IMG/VR virus record: IMGVR_UViG_3300050821_006672
Location: 1 to 64,000 of that record
Length of the DNA: 64,000 nucleotides
Source: a virus
Direction: 5' to 3' (one strand)
Position 1 is the first letter of the stretch, and each line of letters starts with the position of its first letter. Position numbers and translations under genes: made by a program. Positions 43,675 to 53,800 of this stretch are shown here, piece after piece. Below the pieces are notes generated by a model. The model was not told where the DNA came from. It was given only the letters and a program-made list of their open reading frames with translations, and ran no database searches.

Positions 43675-45005
43675 TGCCAGAACCGCGCCGTAATATTAAG
43701 CTGAGCTACACTCAGCCCTATCTCTATCCGAAGCAGAAAGCGGCGATATTTGATGCGCACCGTATCTCCGTTATCGAAGCTTCCACGAAGTCGGGCAAGA
43801 CCTCGGGATGCATCGTTTGGCTGCTTGAACAGGCTTTCGCAGGTAAATCAGGACAGAATTATTGGTGGGTAGCGCCGATCTCCCGAGTAGCACGTATCGC
43901 TTTTACCCGAGCCATGCGGGCTATGAACAAGGACCTGTACGTTGCCAACCTGGGAGATCACACTCTTACTCTTGTTAATGGGGCCATCGTTTGGTTTCTT
44001 GGCGCTGACAATCCTGATTCCCTCTTTGGTGAAGATGTTCACGCGGCGGTCATTGACGAAGCCTCCCGAATGAAGGCAAGCGCCTTCCATGCTATTTACA
44101 CGACGCTTACGGCGACCCGAGGCAGGCTGAGAATTATCGGAAACGTGAAAGGCCGGCAGAACTGGTTCCACGAAAAGGCGAGGTACGCCCAGCAAGGGAA
44201 AGACCCAGAATATGCCTACCACAAGATCATCTCGCACGACGCAATCGAAGCCCACGTCCTTACCGAGGACACTGTCGAAGCAGCAAAGCGTTCCTTGCCT
44301 GACTCAGTATTTCGTGAGCTCTACCTCGCGGAGGCTAGTGATGATCAGGGAAATCCCTTCGGAATTGAGGCAATCCGAAAATGCATTGGTCCTATGTCTA
44401 CGGCCAAGCCTGAAGTGTGGGGTTGGGACTTAGCCAAGAGCCACGATTGGACGGTGGGGATTGGGCTAGATAGTGAAGGTCGGGTATGTCGGTTCGAGCG
44501 CTGGCAGTCTCCTTGGGAAGCTACCCATCTACGTATAACTGGCCTTACGATGAGAGTGAGGGCATTGGTCGATAGCACAGGCGTAGGAGATCCCATCGTG
44601 GAACGCCTCCAGAAGGTTGTTGGATCGAAATACGAAGGCTACAAGTTCACGGCAGGTAGCAAGCAGCAGCTTATGGAGGGGTTAGCGGTCGCGATTCAGA
44701 CTAAGGCGATTACGTTTCCTCCCGGCCCGATCGTTGAAGAACTAGAGGTTTTCGAATACACCTACACGGGGCACGGTGCTTCTAGGAATGTGAATGATGA
44801 AGAGTTTGAGCCAAAAGGCCACGGTATTCGCTATAGTGCTCCTGATGGTTATGACGATGATTGTGTTATGGCGCTTGCCCTTGCTGTCTATCATCGCTCT
44901 CATTCCGTGCCGCGCTTGCATGTGACGCGCGATATTGTCAATAAGTCGAAGCTGCGGGTATTTGGTAATCAAGGCTTTCATATCTCTCAGATGGGGAGAT
45001 GGTAA
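43674..45005 (+). CDS. terminase large subunit
   Basis: ASTKSGKT, VIDEA, GWDLA, VDSTGVGD, DDCVMALALA. Confidence 0.92.
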   Translation: MPEPRRNIKLSYTQPYLYPKQKAAIFDAHRISVIEASTKSGKTSGCIVWLLEQAFAGKSGQNYWWVAPISRVARIAFTRAMRAMNKDLYVANLGDHTLTLVNGAIVWFLGADNPDSLFGEDVHAAVIDEASRMKASAFHAIYTTLTATRGRLRIIGNVKGRQNWFHEKARYAQQGKDPEYAYHKIISHDAIEAHVLTEDTVEAAKRSLPDSVFRELYLAEASDDQGNPFGIEAIRKCIGPMSTAKPEVWGWDLAKSHDWTVGIGLDSEGRVCRFERWQSPWEATHLRITGLTMRVRALVDSTGVGDPIVERLQKVVGSKYEGYKFTAGSKQQLMEGLAVAIQTKAITFPPGPIVEELEVFEYTYTGHGASRNVNDEEFEPKGHGIRYSAPDGYDDDCVMALALAVYHRSHSVPRLHVTRDIVNKSKLRVFGNQGFHISQMGRW

Positions 45006-45169
45006 TGTCAGAAATCTGGCTAGCGGATTTGGAAGCCCGGTTAGTACAGCAGGAGAGAATTACAGAGCAATTGTTGACCACGATTGAATACCTGAATATA
45101 AGCGTAGCAAATTTGGACAAAGCCTTGCAGCTGTTGCTGAAGCGGCAAACTGCTGATCTGCCTAACTGA
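45005..45169 (+). CDS. small coiled-coil protein (54 aa, absent from ORF track)
   Basis: MSEIWLADLEARL...; coupled to the terL stop. Confidence 0.45.
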   Translation: MSEIWLADLEARLVQQERITEQLLTTIEYLNISVANLDKALQLLLKRQTADLPN

Positions 45170-45183
45170 AGGAAACTTTGGAT

Positions 45184-45975
45184 ATGACCTACAGACTTCG
45201 CCAACTCGATCGCGATCCCGGTAAATCTGTATCTCCGATAGGAGGACGTTTCGGCGGACGTGCGAGCGAGAAATCTGGCCAGCGTGATAGTGCAGTGGCG
45301 ATGGATGAGTGGTCTCCTGAGGCAAGGGAGGCTGCTGCAAAGGCTCGTGGGTCAAAGTCGAATTTTTCAACCCGACATCCCGAGGCAGTTAGCCATTCTG
45401 AGCATCAAGCGATGGTTCAGAAGATGAATCGGGAAATGTCTCAGCGTAAAGCCTTGAAAGCTGGAGGCAAAGATGCCCAAGGCTCCTCCGAACTCGAAAA
45501 CGAATACAACGAGGGCACCGACGAATACCGCGACGAAGCTGCCGAAGCCGCTGCGGAATCTCGCGGCCGTCAAGATGATCGTGAGCAGGTAGCGACTGGT
45601 CCCACTAACGAATTCAGGGAACCAGTAGGTATCGCCGATGCGCGGACAAGGCGCTTTGGTGGTCGCGGCTCGGATAAGGCGGGTGGGAGGGATGTAGAGT
45701 TTTCAAGGGAAACCCACGCTAAGCTTGCCAAGCATTTTGAGGAAATGGCCGCAAAGTCGCAGAACTATCCAGACGCGCAGAAGAGGCATAAAGAGTTAGC
45801 TGAGCATAATAGGAGAAAAGCGGAAGAATTGGGTCGCGATCTTGCTATGGACCCGCTGGAGAAAGGCTCTGGCAAAGAAACGATTTCGCACAACATTAGC
45901 GAGATGGTACACAGCGGCCATCCACAGAACCAGGCTATTGCTGCCGCGATGCATTCTGCGGGCAAGTCGCGCTAG
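45184..45975 (+). CDS. charged modular head-associated protein
   Basis: Modules WSPEAREAAAKAR and PLEKGSGKETISHNISEM...QAIAAA separated by x-x-D motifs. Confidence 0.6.
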   Translation: MTYRLRQLDRDPGKSVSPIGGRFGGRASEKSGQRDSAVAMDEWSPEAREAAAKARGSKSNFSTRHPEAVSHSEHQAMVQKMNREMSQRKALKAGGKDAQGSSELENEYNEGTDEYRDEAAEAAAESRGRQDDREQVATGPTNEFREPVGIADARTRRFGGRGSDKAGGRDVEFSRETHAKLAKHFEEMAAKSQNYPDAQKRHKELAEHNRRKAEELGRDLAMDPLEKGSGKETISHNISEMVHSGHPQNQAIAAAMHSAGKSR

Positions 45976-46637
45976 TGACTATTTCAATTACTGCTATCGG
46001 TACCGGAACCACCTCCATCTCCATAGGCGCGGGCGGTGTGCCTGCCGGATCGCAAATTGTTCTTTGTTGCTGCGATGATGGAAACGGGAGCATTGCGCAA
46101 GCTACCGTTACAGACACAGCAGGGAACACCTACGTCTCGGTTACAGGCTCGACGCTGGCTGCTCCTTACGTTGATATCATTCGTGCCCGCACAGGTCTCG
46201 CTCTAGTTAACGGCAATACGATAACCTACACGCGTAGCAGTGGCGGAACGCATTCCAACATTGAAGCCTTCTACGCAACTGGCCTCGCTAATGTCGTTGC
46301 TCAGGCTCAAGCTACGAATAGTGGAATAGCTGGAGCGTCGCCTACAGTGACTTCAGGAACTCCTAACGATGTAGGCTTCTTGTTTGTGGGAGTAGTGGGT
46401 GGTTCTGCTGCTATTTCATCCTTCACTCAAGATAGTACAAATGCGGCTTGGGGCTCTCCCCCAGGACAAGTATCGATTGCATTGCCCCCGCTGGGGGGCG
46501 GTACTGTGATTAATAGCAACAAGTCGGCGTTGACATATAATCCTGCTTTTGGAACGCCTACGAATTGGGGTGCGGTGATCACCGCTCTGCGCGGCGAGTT
46601 TACAGATATGACCAGCCGCGCTTTAATGATGTCCTGA
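45975..46637 (+). CDS. putative virion structural protein
   Basis: G/T/S/A-rich beta-type sequence. Confidence 0.55.
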   Translation: MTISITAIGTGTTSISIGAGGVPAGSQIVLCCCDDGNGSIAQATVTDTAGNTYVSVTGSTLAAPYVDIIRARTGLALVNGNTITYTRSSGGTHSNIEAFYATGLANVVAQAQATNSGIAGASPTVTSGTPNDVGFLFVGVVGGSAAISSFTQDSTNAAWGSPPGQVSIALPPLGGGTVINSNKSALTYNPAFGTPTNWGAVITALRGEFTDMTSRALMMS

Positions 46638-46638
46638 G

Positions 46639-48273
46639 ATGCTCGACCGCGTAACTAAGCCAAAACCCATACGTAACGCTTCACCTAAGAGGGTGAAAGT
46701 TACTCCATGGATAGTCGCGCGAGATAGGCTCCACGCTAATCTGCTTAAGCAGCGCGAGCGCAGGCAGTCTAGTCAAACTAAGTTATTCGAGCCCGCACCT
46801 AACATCTTTCCTCCCGAGGTCGGACCAAAGGTTGCTCCCAATATGCCTAAGCTGGCGATGGACGACAATATGTCGTCTACGCTGTCGTGGGCGCAGAATG
46901 CGATACAGTCTACATTTGCGGAAGGCTTGACATTCCTCGGCTACGCTTTCCTTGCACAGCTTGCTCAACGTCCAGAATATCGCCGAGCCGCCGAAATCCT
47001 TGCGGAGGAGATGACTCGCAAATGGATCAAGCTGCAATCGGTAAGCGACGATATCGACAAGACGGATCGCATCAAAATACTCACCGATGTCATTGATAAG
47101 TTCAAGATCAAAGATCATTTCCGCAAGCTCGCCGAACAAGATAACTATTTTGGTCGCGCGCATCTCTACGTTGATCTTAAAGGAGCGAAAGACGACCACG
47201 ACGAGCTGAAGACCTCGATTGGTACGGGCCGCGACGATACATCTAAGCTCAAAGTCGGTCAGGGGAGTTTGCTAGGCTTTAAATGCGTTGAGGCTGTGTG
47301 GTGTTATCCGACTACTTACGACTCCTACGATCCACTAGCGGGCGATTGGTACAATCCCACTCTGTGGTACGTAATGGCGAGGCCTATTCATGCCACCCGA
47401 CTTCTCAAATTTGTCTGCCGAGAGGTCCCCGACCTCCTCAAGCCCGCTTACGCTTTTGGAGGGTTGTCGCTTTCGCAGATGGGCAAACCTTATGTCGATA
47501 ATTGGCTTAGAACGAGACAGAGTATTGCCGATCTTATCCACTCATTCTCCGTATTTGTTCTTAAGACCAACTTATCTTCGTCTCTCCAAGACGGAGGCGA
47601 AGAGTTCTTCGAGCGATTGAACCTCTTCGTATCCAACCGCGATAACCAAGGCGTGATGGCGATCGATAAGGATACGGAGGATTTTGGTAATGTCTCGGCC
47701 TCGATTGCTGGCCTCGAAGGACTGCAGGCGCAGACGCAGGAACATCTGTGCGCGGTTTGGGGTATCCCCGCTATCAAATACCTCAACATCCAGCCAGCGG
47801 GCTTTAATGCAAGTTCCGAGGGTGAAATCCGAACGTTCTACGATACCATCTTGGCTTTGCAAGAGCGTTTCTTCCGACCTAACTTGACGCGGGTACTCGA
47901 TTTCATAATGCTCCATCTGTGGGGCGAGGTCGATCAGGAGATTACATTTGCGTTCGAACCGCTATGGTCGCTCGATGAAGAGCGTATGGCGGCTAAGCGC
48001 AAGACAGAGGCGGATACGGATGTAGCGCTTATGGATGCGTCCGTACTTTCTCCGGAAGAAATACGTAAGCGCGTAGCGGCTGATCCCAATTCTCCTTACT
48101 CGTCGATTGACGTAGACGACTTGCCTGAGCCGCCTGCTGAGGAAGGGATGGGAGGCGAAATGGAGGGAGAAGGTGGTGAAGAAACCGAAAACTCTGAGGC
48201 CCCTTCATCCGAACACAGGGATCGAGGCGGCGTATCGCAAGAAGATAATGGCCCTAGTAGAAGAGATGAATGA
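46639..48273 (+). CDS. portal protein (DUF1073-type)
   Basis: FLGYAFLAQLAQRPEY, HATRL, GFNASSEGE; follows terL. Confidence 0.85.
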   Translation: MLDRVTKPKPIRNASPKRVKVTPWIVARDRLHANLLKQRERRQSSQTKLFEPAPNIFPPEVGPKVAPNMPKLAMDDNMSSTLSWAQNAIQSTFAEGLTFLGYAFLAQLAQRPEYRRAAEILAEEMTRKWIKLQSVSDDIDKTDRIKILTDVIDKFKIKDHFRKLAEQDNYFGRAHLYVDLKGAKDDHDELKTSIGTGRDDTSKLKVGQGSLLGFKCVEAVWCYPTTYDSYDPLAGDWYNPTLWYVMARPIHATRLLKFVCREVPDLLKPAYAFGGLSLSQMGKPYVDNWLRTRQSIADLIHSFSVFVLKTNLSSSLQDGGEEFFERLNLFVSNRDNQGVMAIDKDTEDFGNVSASIAGLEGLQAQTQEHLCAVWGIPAIKYLNIQPAGFNASSEGEIRTFYDTILALQERFFRPNLTRVLDFIMLHLWGEVDQEITFAFEPLWSLDEERMAAKRKTEADTDVALMDASVLSPEEIRKRVAADPNSPYSSIDVDDLPEPPAEEGMGGEMEGEGGEETENSEAPSSEHRDRGGVSQEDNGPSRRDE

Positions 48274-48961
48274 CTCTATCCGACATTGGCTTGAGGCTTC
48301 TTATCGCAAGAATGAGCCAATACTGGCGCAGGATGCCTTGCCGGCAAACAAGCTGCGCAAGACTAGGCAAGAGTTGCGCAAGCGCTGGGAGAAGCGTTTC
48401 GATGATATGGCGCCGAAGCTGGCTGAGTATTTTGCGAAGACTGTTTCACGTCGTTCGGATTCGACGCTCCAACGTATCTTCAACCAAGGCGGCGTGTCCG
48501 TTAAGTTCAAGGCAACAAAGGCGCAGAACGATGTATTACAAGCCTCGGTACATGAGAATGTATCTCTTATCCGATCGATACCAGCGCGACATCTGGACGA
48601 GATTGAGGGCTTGGTAATGCGTTCGGTACAGCAAGGCCGTAACCTGGGCGAGTTGAGCAAGGAGCTAAACAAGCGTTTTGGAGTAACGAGGCGTAGGGCG
48701 GCTCTTATCGCGCGAGATCAAAACAATAAGGCTAGCGCCAGCTTCCATCGTGTAAGACAGCTTGAGTTAGGAATAACTCGCGCTTTGTGGGTTCACAGCG
48801 GCGGTGGTAAGCATCCTCGTCCTACTCATGTAAAAAATAATGGCAAATCTTTCGACGTAGCCAAGGGATGGCTCGACCCTGCTATCGGCAAGCGCATATG
48901 GCCTGGTACTGAAATTCAATGCAGATGCGTCAGCCGCGCAGTAGTTCCTGGATTTAGTTGA
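48173..48961 (+). CDS. head morphogenesis protein (Mu gpF/SPP1 gp7-like)
   Basis: RAALIARDQNNK, RPTH, PGTEIQCRC. Confidence 0.88.
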   Translation: MVKKPKTLRPLHPNTGIEAAYRKKIMALVEEMNDSIRHWLEASYRKNEPILAQDALPANKLRKTRQELRKRWEKRFDDMAPKLAEYFAKTVSRRSDSTLQRIFNQGGVSVKFKATKAQNDVLQASVHENVSLIRSIPARHLDEIEGLVMRSVQQGRNLGELSKELNKRFGVTRRRAALIARDQNNKASASFHRVRQLELGITRALWVHSGGGKHPRPTHVKNNGKSFDVAKGWLDPAIGKRIWPGTEIQCRCVSRAVVPGFS

Positions 48962-49770
48962 TGCCTGGCGGCTATCCCTTTGGTATAGAGTGCTGTAATG
49001 CGCAGGACGTGGGCACGATATCCAGCGGCTCGGTTGGAACGTCCGTTACTTGCGGTACGGCAAACGTCAAGGGCGGCTGGACACAGCTTATCTCGTCTTT
49101 AGGCGCCGATTGTTGCTGGACAGTAGTAGAATTGGCCTGCTTATCGCTTGCCAAAAGCGTGTTGGTGGACATCGGTATTGGCAGTCTTAATAATGAACAG
49201 CCTGTAGTAAACAATTTATGGTTTAGAAGCCCGGCTGGGGTTGGATCAATTGATGTTGTTAAGTACTGTTTCCCTCTACAAATACCCTCGGGCTCTCGGA
49301 TATCTGTAAGAGGTCAGTCGAATACTGCGGCACAGGTATTTACAGCGAAGATGTCCTGCTATGATGGCGCTTTTACTATGATGGAGGGCGCTGCTAGGAT
49401 CGATATGGTAGGGGTCAGTACCGCCACCAGCAGTGGTACTGCAGTTATGCCAAACGCAACGGCTAACACGAAAGGGAGCTTTGCCCAATTAATCCTTTCC
49501 ACAACTAAGGACTATTGTGGACTAATTGTGGTAGTAGGTTTGATAGGTACAGTATCAACTGATTACCTTTTCGATATTGCTATTGGAGGGGCTGGTAGCG
49601 AACAAGTAATTATTCCAAATATACACGGAATGCCGCAGACCTCTGCCCCTATGATGACCGTTTTTGTGCCAATCCCTGTACCGAGTGGGTCGAGACTATC
49701 GGCTAGAGCCCAGGCAAATGGAGCTTCTGCTGCCAACTGTCAAATTGCGGCGGGAGGGATTTATATATGA
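48961..49770 (+). CDS. putative virion protein with two internal repeats
   Basis: Duplicated unit ANxKG...DIxIG...EQ...PSGSRxSxR. Confidence 0.6.
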   Translation: MPGGYPFGIECCNAQDVGTISSGSVGTSVTCGTANVKGGWTQLISSLGADCCWTVVELACLSLAKSVLVDIGIGSLNNEQPVVNNLWFRSPAGVGSIDVVKYCFPLQIPSGSRISVRGQSNTAAQVFTAKMSCYDGAFTMMEGAARIDMVGVSTATSSGTAVMPNATANTKGSFAQLILSTTKDYCGLIVVVGLIGTVSTDYLFDIAIGGAGSEQVIIPNIHGMPQTSAPMMTVFVPIPVPSGSRLSARAQANGASAANCQIAAGGIYI

Positions 49771-50096
49771 CTTGGACACTCTCCCAAAGCGGTACTACAT
49801 CGGCGCTTTCCATAGGCGTCGAAACAACTTTGGCTACAGATACCAATAACGCTACATTTGTGTTGGAGGTGGATACGAGCAATCTGACGCTTGGGGATGA
49901 ATTGGAGATACGTATTTACACCATTATGTTGGGTGGGGGTTCTCTTACTCAGGCGTGGAAGGGTGCGTACCAACACGCACAGATAAATAACCACAAGATC
50001 AGCCCCCCAGTTGCTAGTGACCAGTCGATTAAGTGTACGCTTAACCAGACGGCTGGGACTGGACGAACGTTTGCTTGGAAGATGTTGAGAATATAG
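49767..50096 (+). CDS. putative virion protein
   Basis: Coupled ORF. Confidence 0.55.
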   Translation: MTWTLSQSGTTSALSIGVETTLATDTNNATFVLEVDTSNLTLGDELEIRIYTIMLGGGSLTQAWKGAYQHAQINNHKISPPVASDQSIKCTLNQTAGTGRTFAWKMLRI

Positions 50097-50241
50097 CGAA
50101 GATGTTCAATTTACAGAATTACGGACTGACTACGGAATTGCCAGCTGCTAGTACTTCTTCGAATACTTACGCTCAGGGATTTTTCATGGTCCCATGCTTA
50201 ACTTGGTTTGTGTTGTGGATTAGCGTCGTGGGTGCGGGCGT

Positions 50242-50898
50242 ATGGCTCTGATATTTAGAGGAGGGGGTTTTATTCCTCCAGCAATTGCGGGTGGCCTTGT
50301 TGTATTAGATGCTGTCGGTACTGTAACTCAGCATACAACAACTTATACTGGAATGACAGTTGGTTCTGGGTTAGTTGGTGGTGCACTGGTAATTGTGATA
50401 AATACTGCGACAGCTCAAACGGTTACGTCTGTCCCTGTGTGGGGTTCACAGACAATGACGTTGATAGGCTCCGTAAATCTTGGTAATGTTGGGGTAACTG
50501 GCGCAACAACATACATGTATGGATTATTAAATCCCCAGTCTGGTAATCAAACTGTGACGTATGCATTAACTGGTAACAACGCTAGTGTTTGTGGCATCTC
50601 ATTCAGCGGAGTCAATTCGGTATTTGGAACAGCGTTCCAACACTATAATTCTAACGGTGCTATTGCGTCGTCAATTTCTACGTCCATTGTGAGTGCTACC
50701 AACCATATGGTTTTGGGTGTGGCTGGAGACCCGCAAAACAGCATCAACACCATTTCTGGTACGCAAAAATGGCTTAGCAATGCTTTCATTGTTGATACTG
50801 CAGGCTGTATCAATCCGGGTGCGGCCAGTGTCAATGTTTCAGCAACATTCAGTGCGGCAGATCAAGTCGGCGTAGCTGGTGTGGACATAAGCTTCTAG
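50242..50898 (+). CDS. putative virion protein
   Basis: G/T/S/V-rich. Confidence 0.55.
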   Translation: MALIFRGGGFIPPAIAGGLVVLDAVGTVTQHTTTYTGMTVGSGLVGGALVIVINTATAQTVTSVPVWGSQTMTLIGSVNLGNVGVTGATTYMYGLLNPQSGNQTVTYALTGNNASVCGISFSGVNSVFGTAFQHYNSNGAIASSISTSIVSATNHMVLGVAGDPQNSINTISGTQKWLSNAFIVDTAGCINPGAASVNVSATFSAADQVGVAGVDISF

Positions 50899-50899
50899 G

Positions 50900-53800
50900 A
50901 TGTCACTCGACGCTGAAAATGTTTCAGGCCAAGGTGGCGGTTCCAATCTTGTGTATAGGAACCTGCGTTCTTCTGCCTTTGGGGATTTTCCATCCTATAA
51001 CACAACTGACAGGCCGGCGCGTAGTTCTGCCGATTGGTTGCATATGGATGGGTTACTATTGTGTTATCCTTACGACCTCACTGCGATGGGGACGTGGGGA
51101 ACTAACATATCGACAGCGAAGGGTTTTCGTTATGTATGGTTCATAGCCCCTGACCATGATTCTGAATATGCGTGGGGCCTTGACGCGGAAATGATTTATC
51201 GTGGGTTCAGTAATGACCCAACAATACTGCCTGATCCCTCGACGCTTGTTCCTATCGTTTCAGTGCTCGGTACCACGCAGACGGGCACGGCTGCTAGTTT
51301 TACGGCGTCTATTGCTGGCGATGGAGTAACATTGAATGTATCTGGAATCTCGTCGGGCATTATTGCTTTAGGCTATCAGATTGCTGGTACAGGTATTACC
51401 GGATCACCCCATATTGTGTCTATGGGAACTGGGATGGGAGGTACGGGTACTTACGTCTTATCGGTTAACCAGGGTGGAGCTATTGGTAGCGAGGGGATGA
51501 CGGCCACTGTGACAGGCAGTGGGCTATTTAATGGCCACTTTTTTCCGTGGTTTGTGTTCAATGCAGATACCAATCAGGGTCATCTCTATCTCCAATGCAT
51601 CGTCACGTCCGGCATCAATGATAACGCTTGGAACGAAGGCTGTTGGACGACAACAGATATTGATAACTACACTTTCCAAGGCATTGCGTTTACTAACAGT
51701 CTAAACCCCGGTTTCGGCTTTGCCTCGGGGATGACGGTGTATCGTCTCGGCGTCAATAATTGGATAGCTTTTGGGTCGGCGGACACGGGTTCTAACGACG
51801 GCAAAAAAGGCTACTGGACATCAACAGATGGCCTGCGCTTTACGTTCCAGGGGCAGATAACCGGCAAGGTTGGGTCTAGTGTTTATACTATCCAGGGGGC
51901 GCCTAAGTTCACGGTCGGGGGGCAGGATTATGTTCTGACGTGGGAGGACGCGAGGGGCAATGCATGGAGTAGTTCGACGACTTATGCTATTGGAGATCGC
52001 GCAAATATTATAACTTACAGCGGACCTCGCAACGAGCATTATTACGAGTTTCAGACTTACCAGTCGTTGACTAACGGTAATCTGAATAACAACCCATCTA
52101 CTAGTCCGGCGAATTGGGTCACTGTGACTGATGGTGGGCAGTTTCTCGCGCAAGTCGTAATCGATTCACATGGCAACGTTTTAGCCTCTCCTGCTCCGGT
52201 TAGACAGTCGGCTATGTATACGGGAACGTTTCCTGGCCCTACTTACGTCAGCTATGTTAGCGGCATCATGGAGAGTGGTTTTTGCGTTGCGCTCGTTCTT
52301 CATGGATTTTACCCAGCACTGAATCCAGCGACACTTCCTGCGCCCTATATTCAGGGCGGTGGGTTGAGTGAAGAATACCTAGACGTATATCCGGTTATTG
52401 TGGACGCAACAGCAGCACCTAACGCTGCTCCATTTGGAGTTAGGTGTTCATGCGCTGGTGGCAACATCCTGATCCGTTGGTTTGATATCAGCCCTGGACA
52501 CAATTACCGCGTCAAGCGTGCGACGAGTCTTGGGGGCACCTACGCGAACCTCGCTGACGTGACAGTTGGACAATACATTGATACGACTGGGACGCTTGGG
52601 ACGGTTTACTATTATAAGGTCGTGACGCTCAATGGTGGTGTTGAAAAAGATTCGCGTACTGTCAGCACTTATTGCGGTCAGTATGACAGCTTCACTTGCG
52701 CTCATGTGACGCGCGCTCTGGCGGCTGGTGCGGATGCGACAACGATATCTGAGTGGCGCATTGCCAAGGTGGTGCGGTGGCTCATTGAGCATGATAAGCT
52801 CAAGCACCTCCGTGTGGGGACGGCTGCTTGGATGGGCGTCGTTCAGGATGGCAGTCACAACATCAGCAGGATATTCGATCTCGGCACTACTCTCTTGCCC
52901 CGGATGGGCGACCTAACACCAACAACGGCTACGGGGACGACTTACAGTGCGACAGCGATCAATTCAGTAACACCGGGATGGATTAACGCCAACAATAACT
53001 CATTTGGAATGTACGGTAATTTTGGCAAAGGGACAGGATCGCAGGGGCGTTTGAATAATATCCGTAAGTGGGATGCCTGCACGTTCTTTGCCAGCTACCA
53101 AAAGTCAAATGCTAATCAGACAACATTCGTGTCCACTGGGGAATTTAACAGCGGCTTGACGCTTCGAGTCGCAGCAGGTTCACCCGGCACGCCGCAATTC
53201 CTGATGGCAGACAAGGTGACGAGCCACACTGCAACGGGGCCGGCGTTGTCTGGCGCAACACCCCACATCATTGCCGGCACTTACGACGGGAATGGTACGG
53301 CCAAGTGCTATACAGAAGGTGTGGCCGGCACTCCTGTTACTGGGATTGCAGACAATTCGGTATTGCTTGGGCAGACAGGTGTGGCGGTTCTTAATTTTTT
53401 CTTAGGGACTGGGACTACGAGCCTAAAGTTTGGTGCCAATTCCTCTCCCCCAGGGCCAGGGGGAACCTATGTATTTGAGAACAACGAAGCTCAGTATAAC
53501 GGGCATGCGAATTTTGGATTCGACGTACTGTTTACCGATCCCGAGATTGCTTCGTTCACCCAACTACTTCGCGACGATACGACGGCCACTATAGTTGACG
53601 ATATTAAGGCCACCTACGGCGCGAAGGGTGATGGCCAGAAACTGCTGTCTACCTGGACTACTAGCGGGATGACGCTGACGTGCAATGGCACCAGCCCATT
53701 TGTTTCCGGCGACACTGGCAAGTATTTTGCGTTGAGTGGTGCTGGCACTGCTGGCGGCATATTAAGTGGAACGCTGACTTTTGTTAGTTCCACTCAGGTA

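Noticed and set aside
46639-48273. Anti-CBASS Acb1 label sometimes attached to this family
   Set aside because: Position and motifs fit a DUF1073 portal; no 2H-phosphoesterase HxT motif pair is seen.
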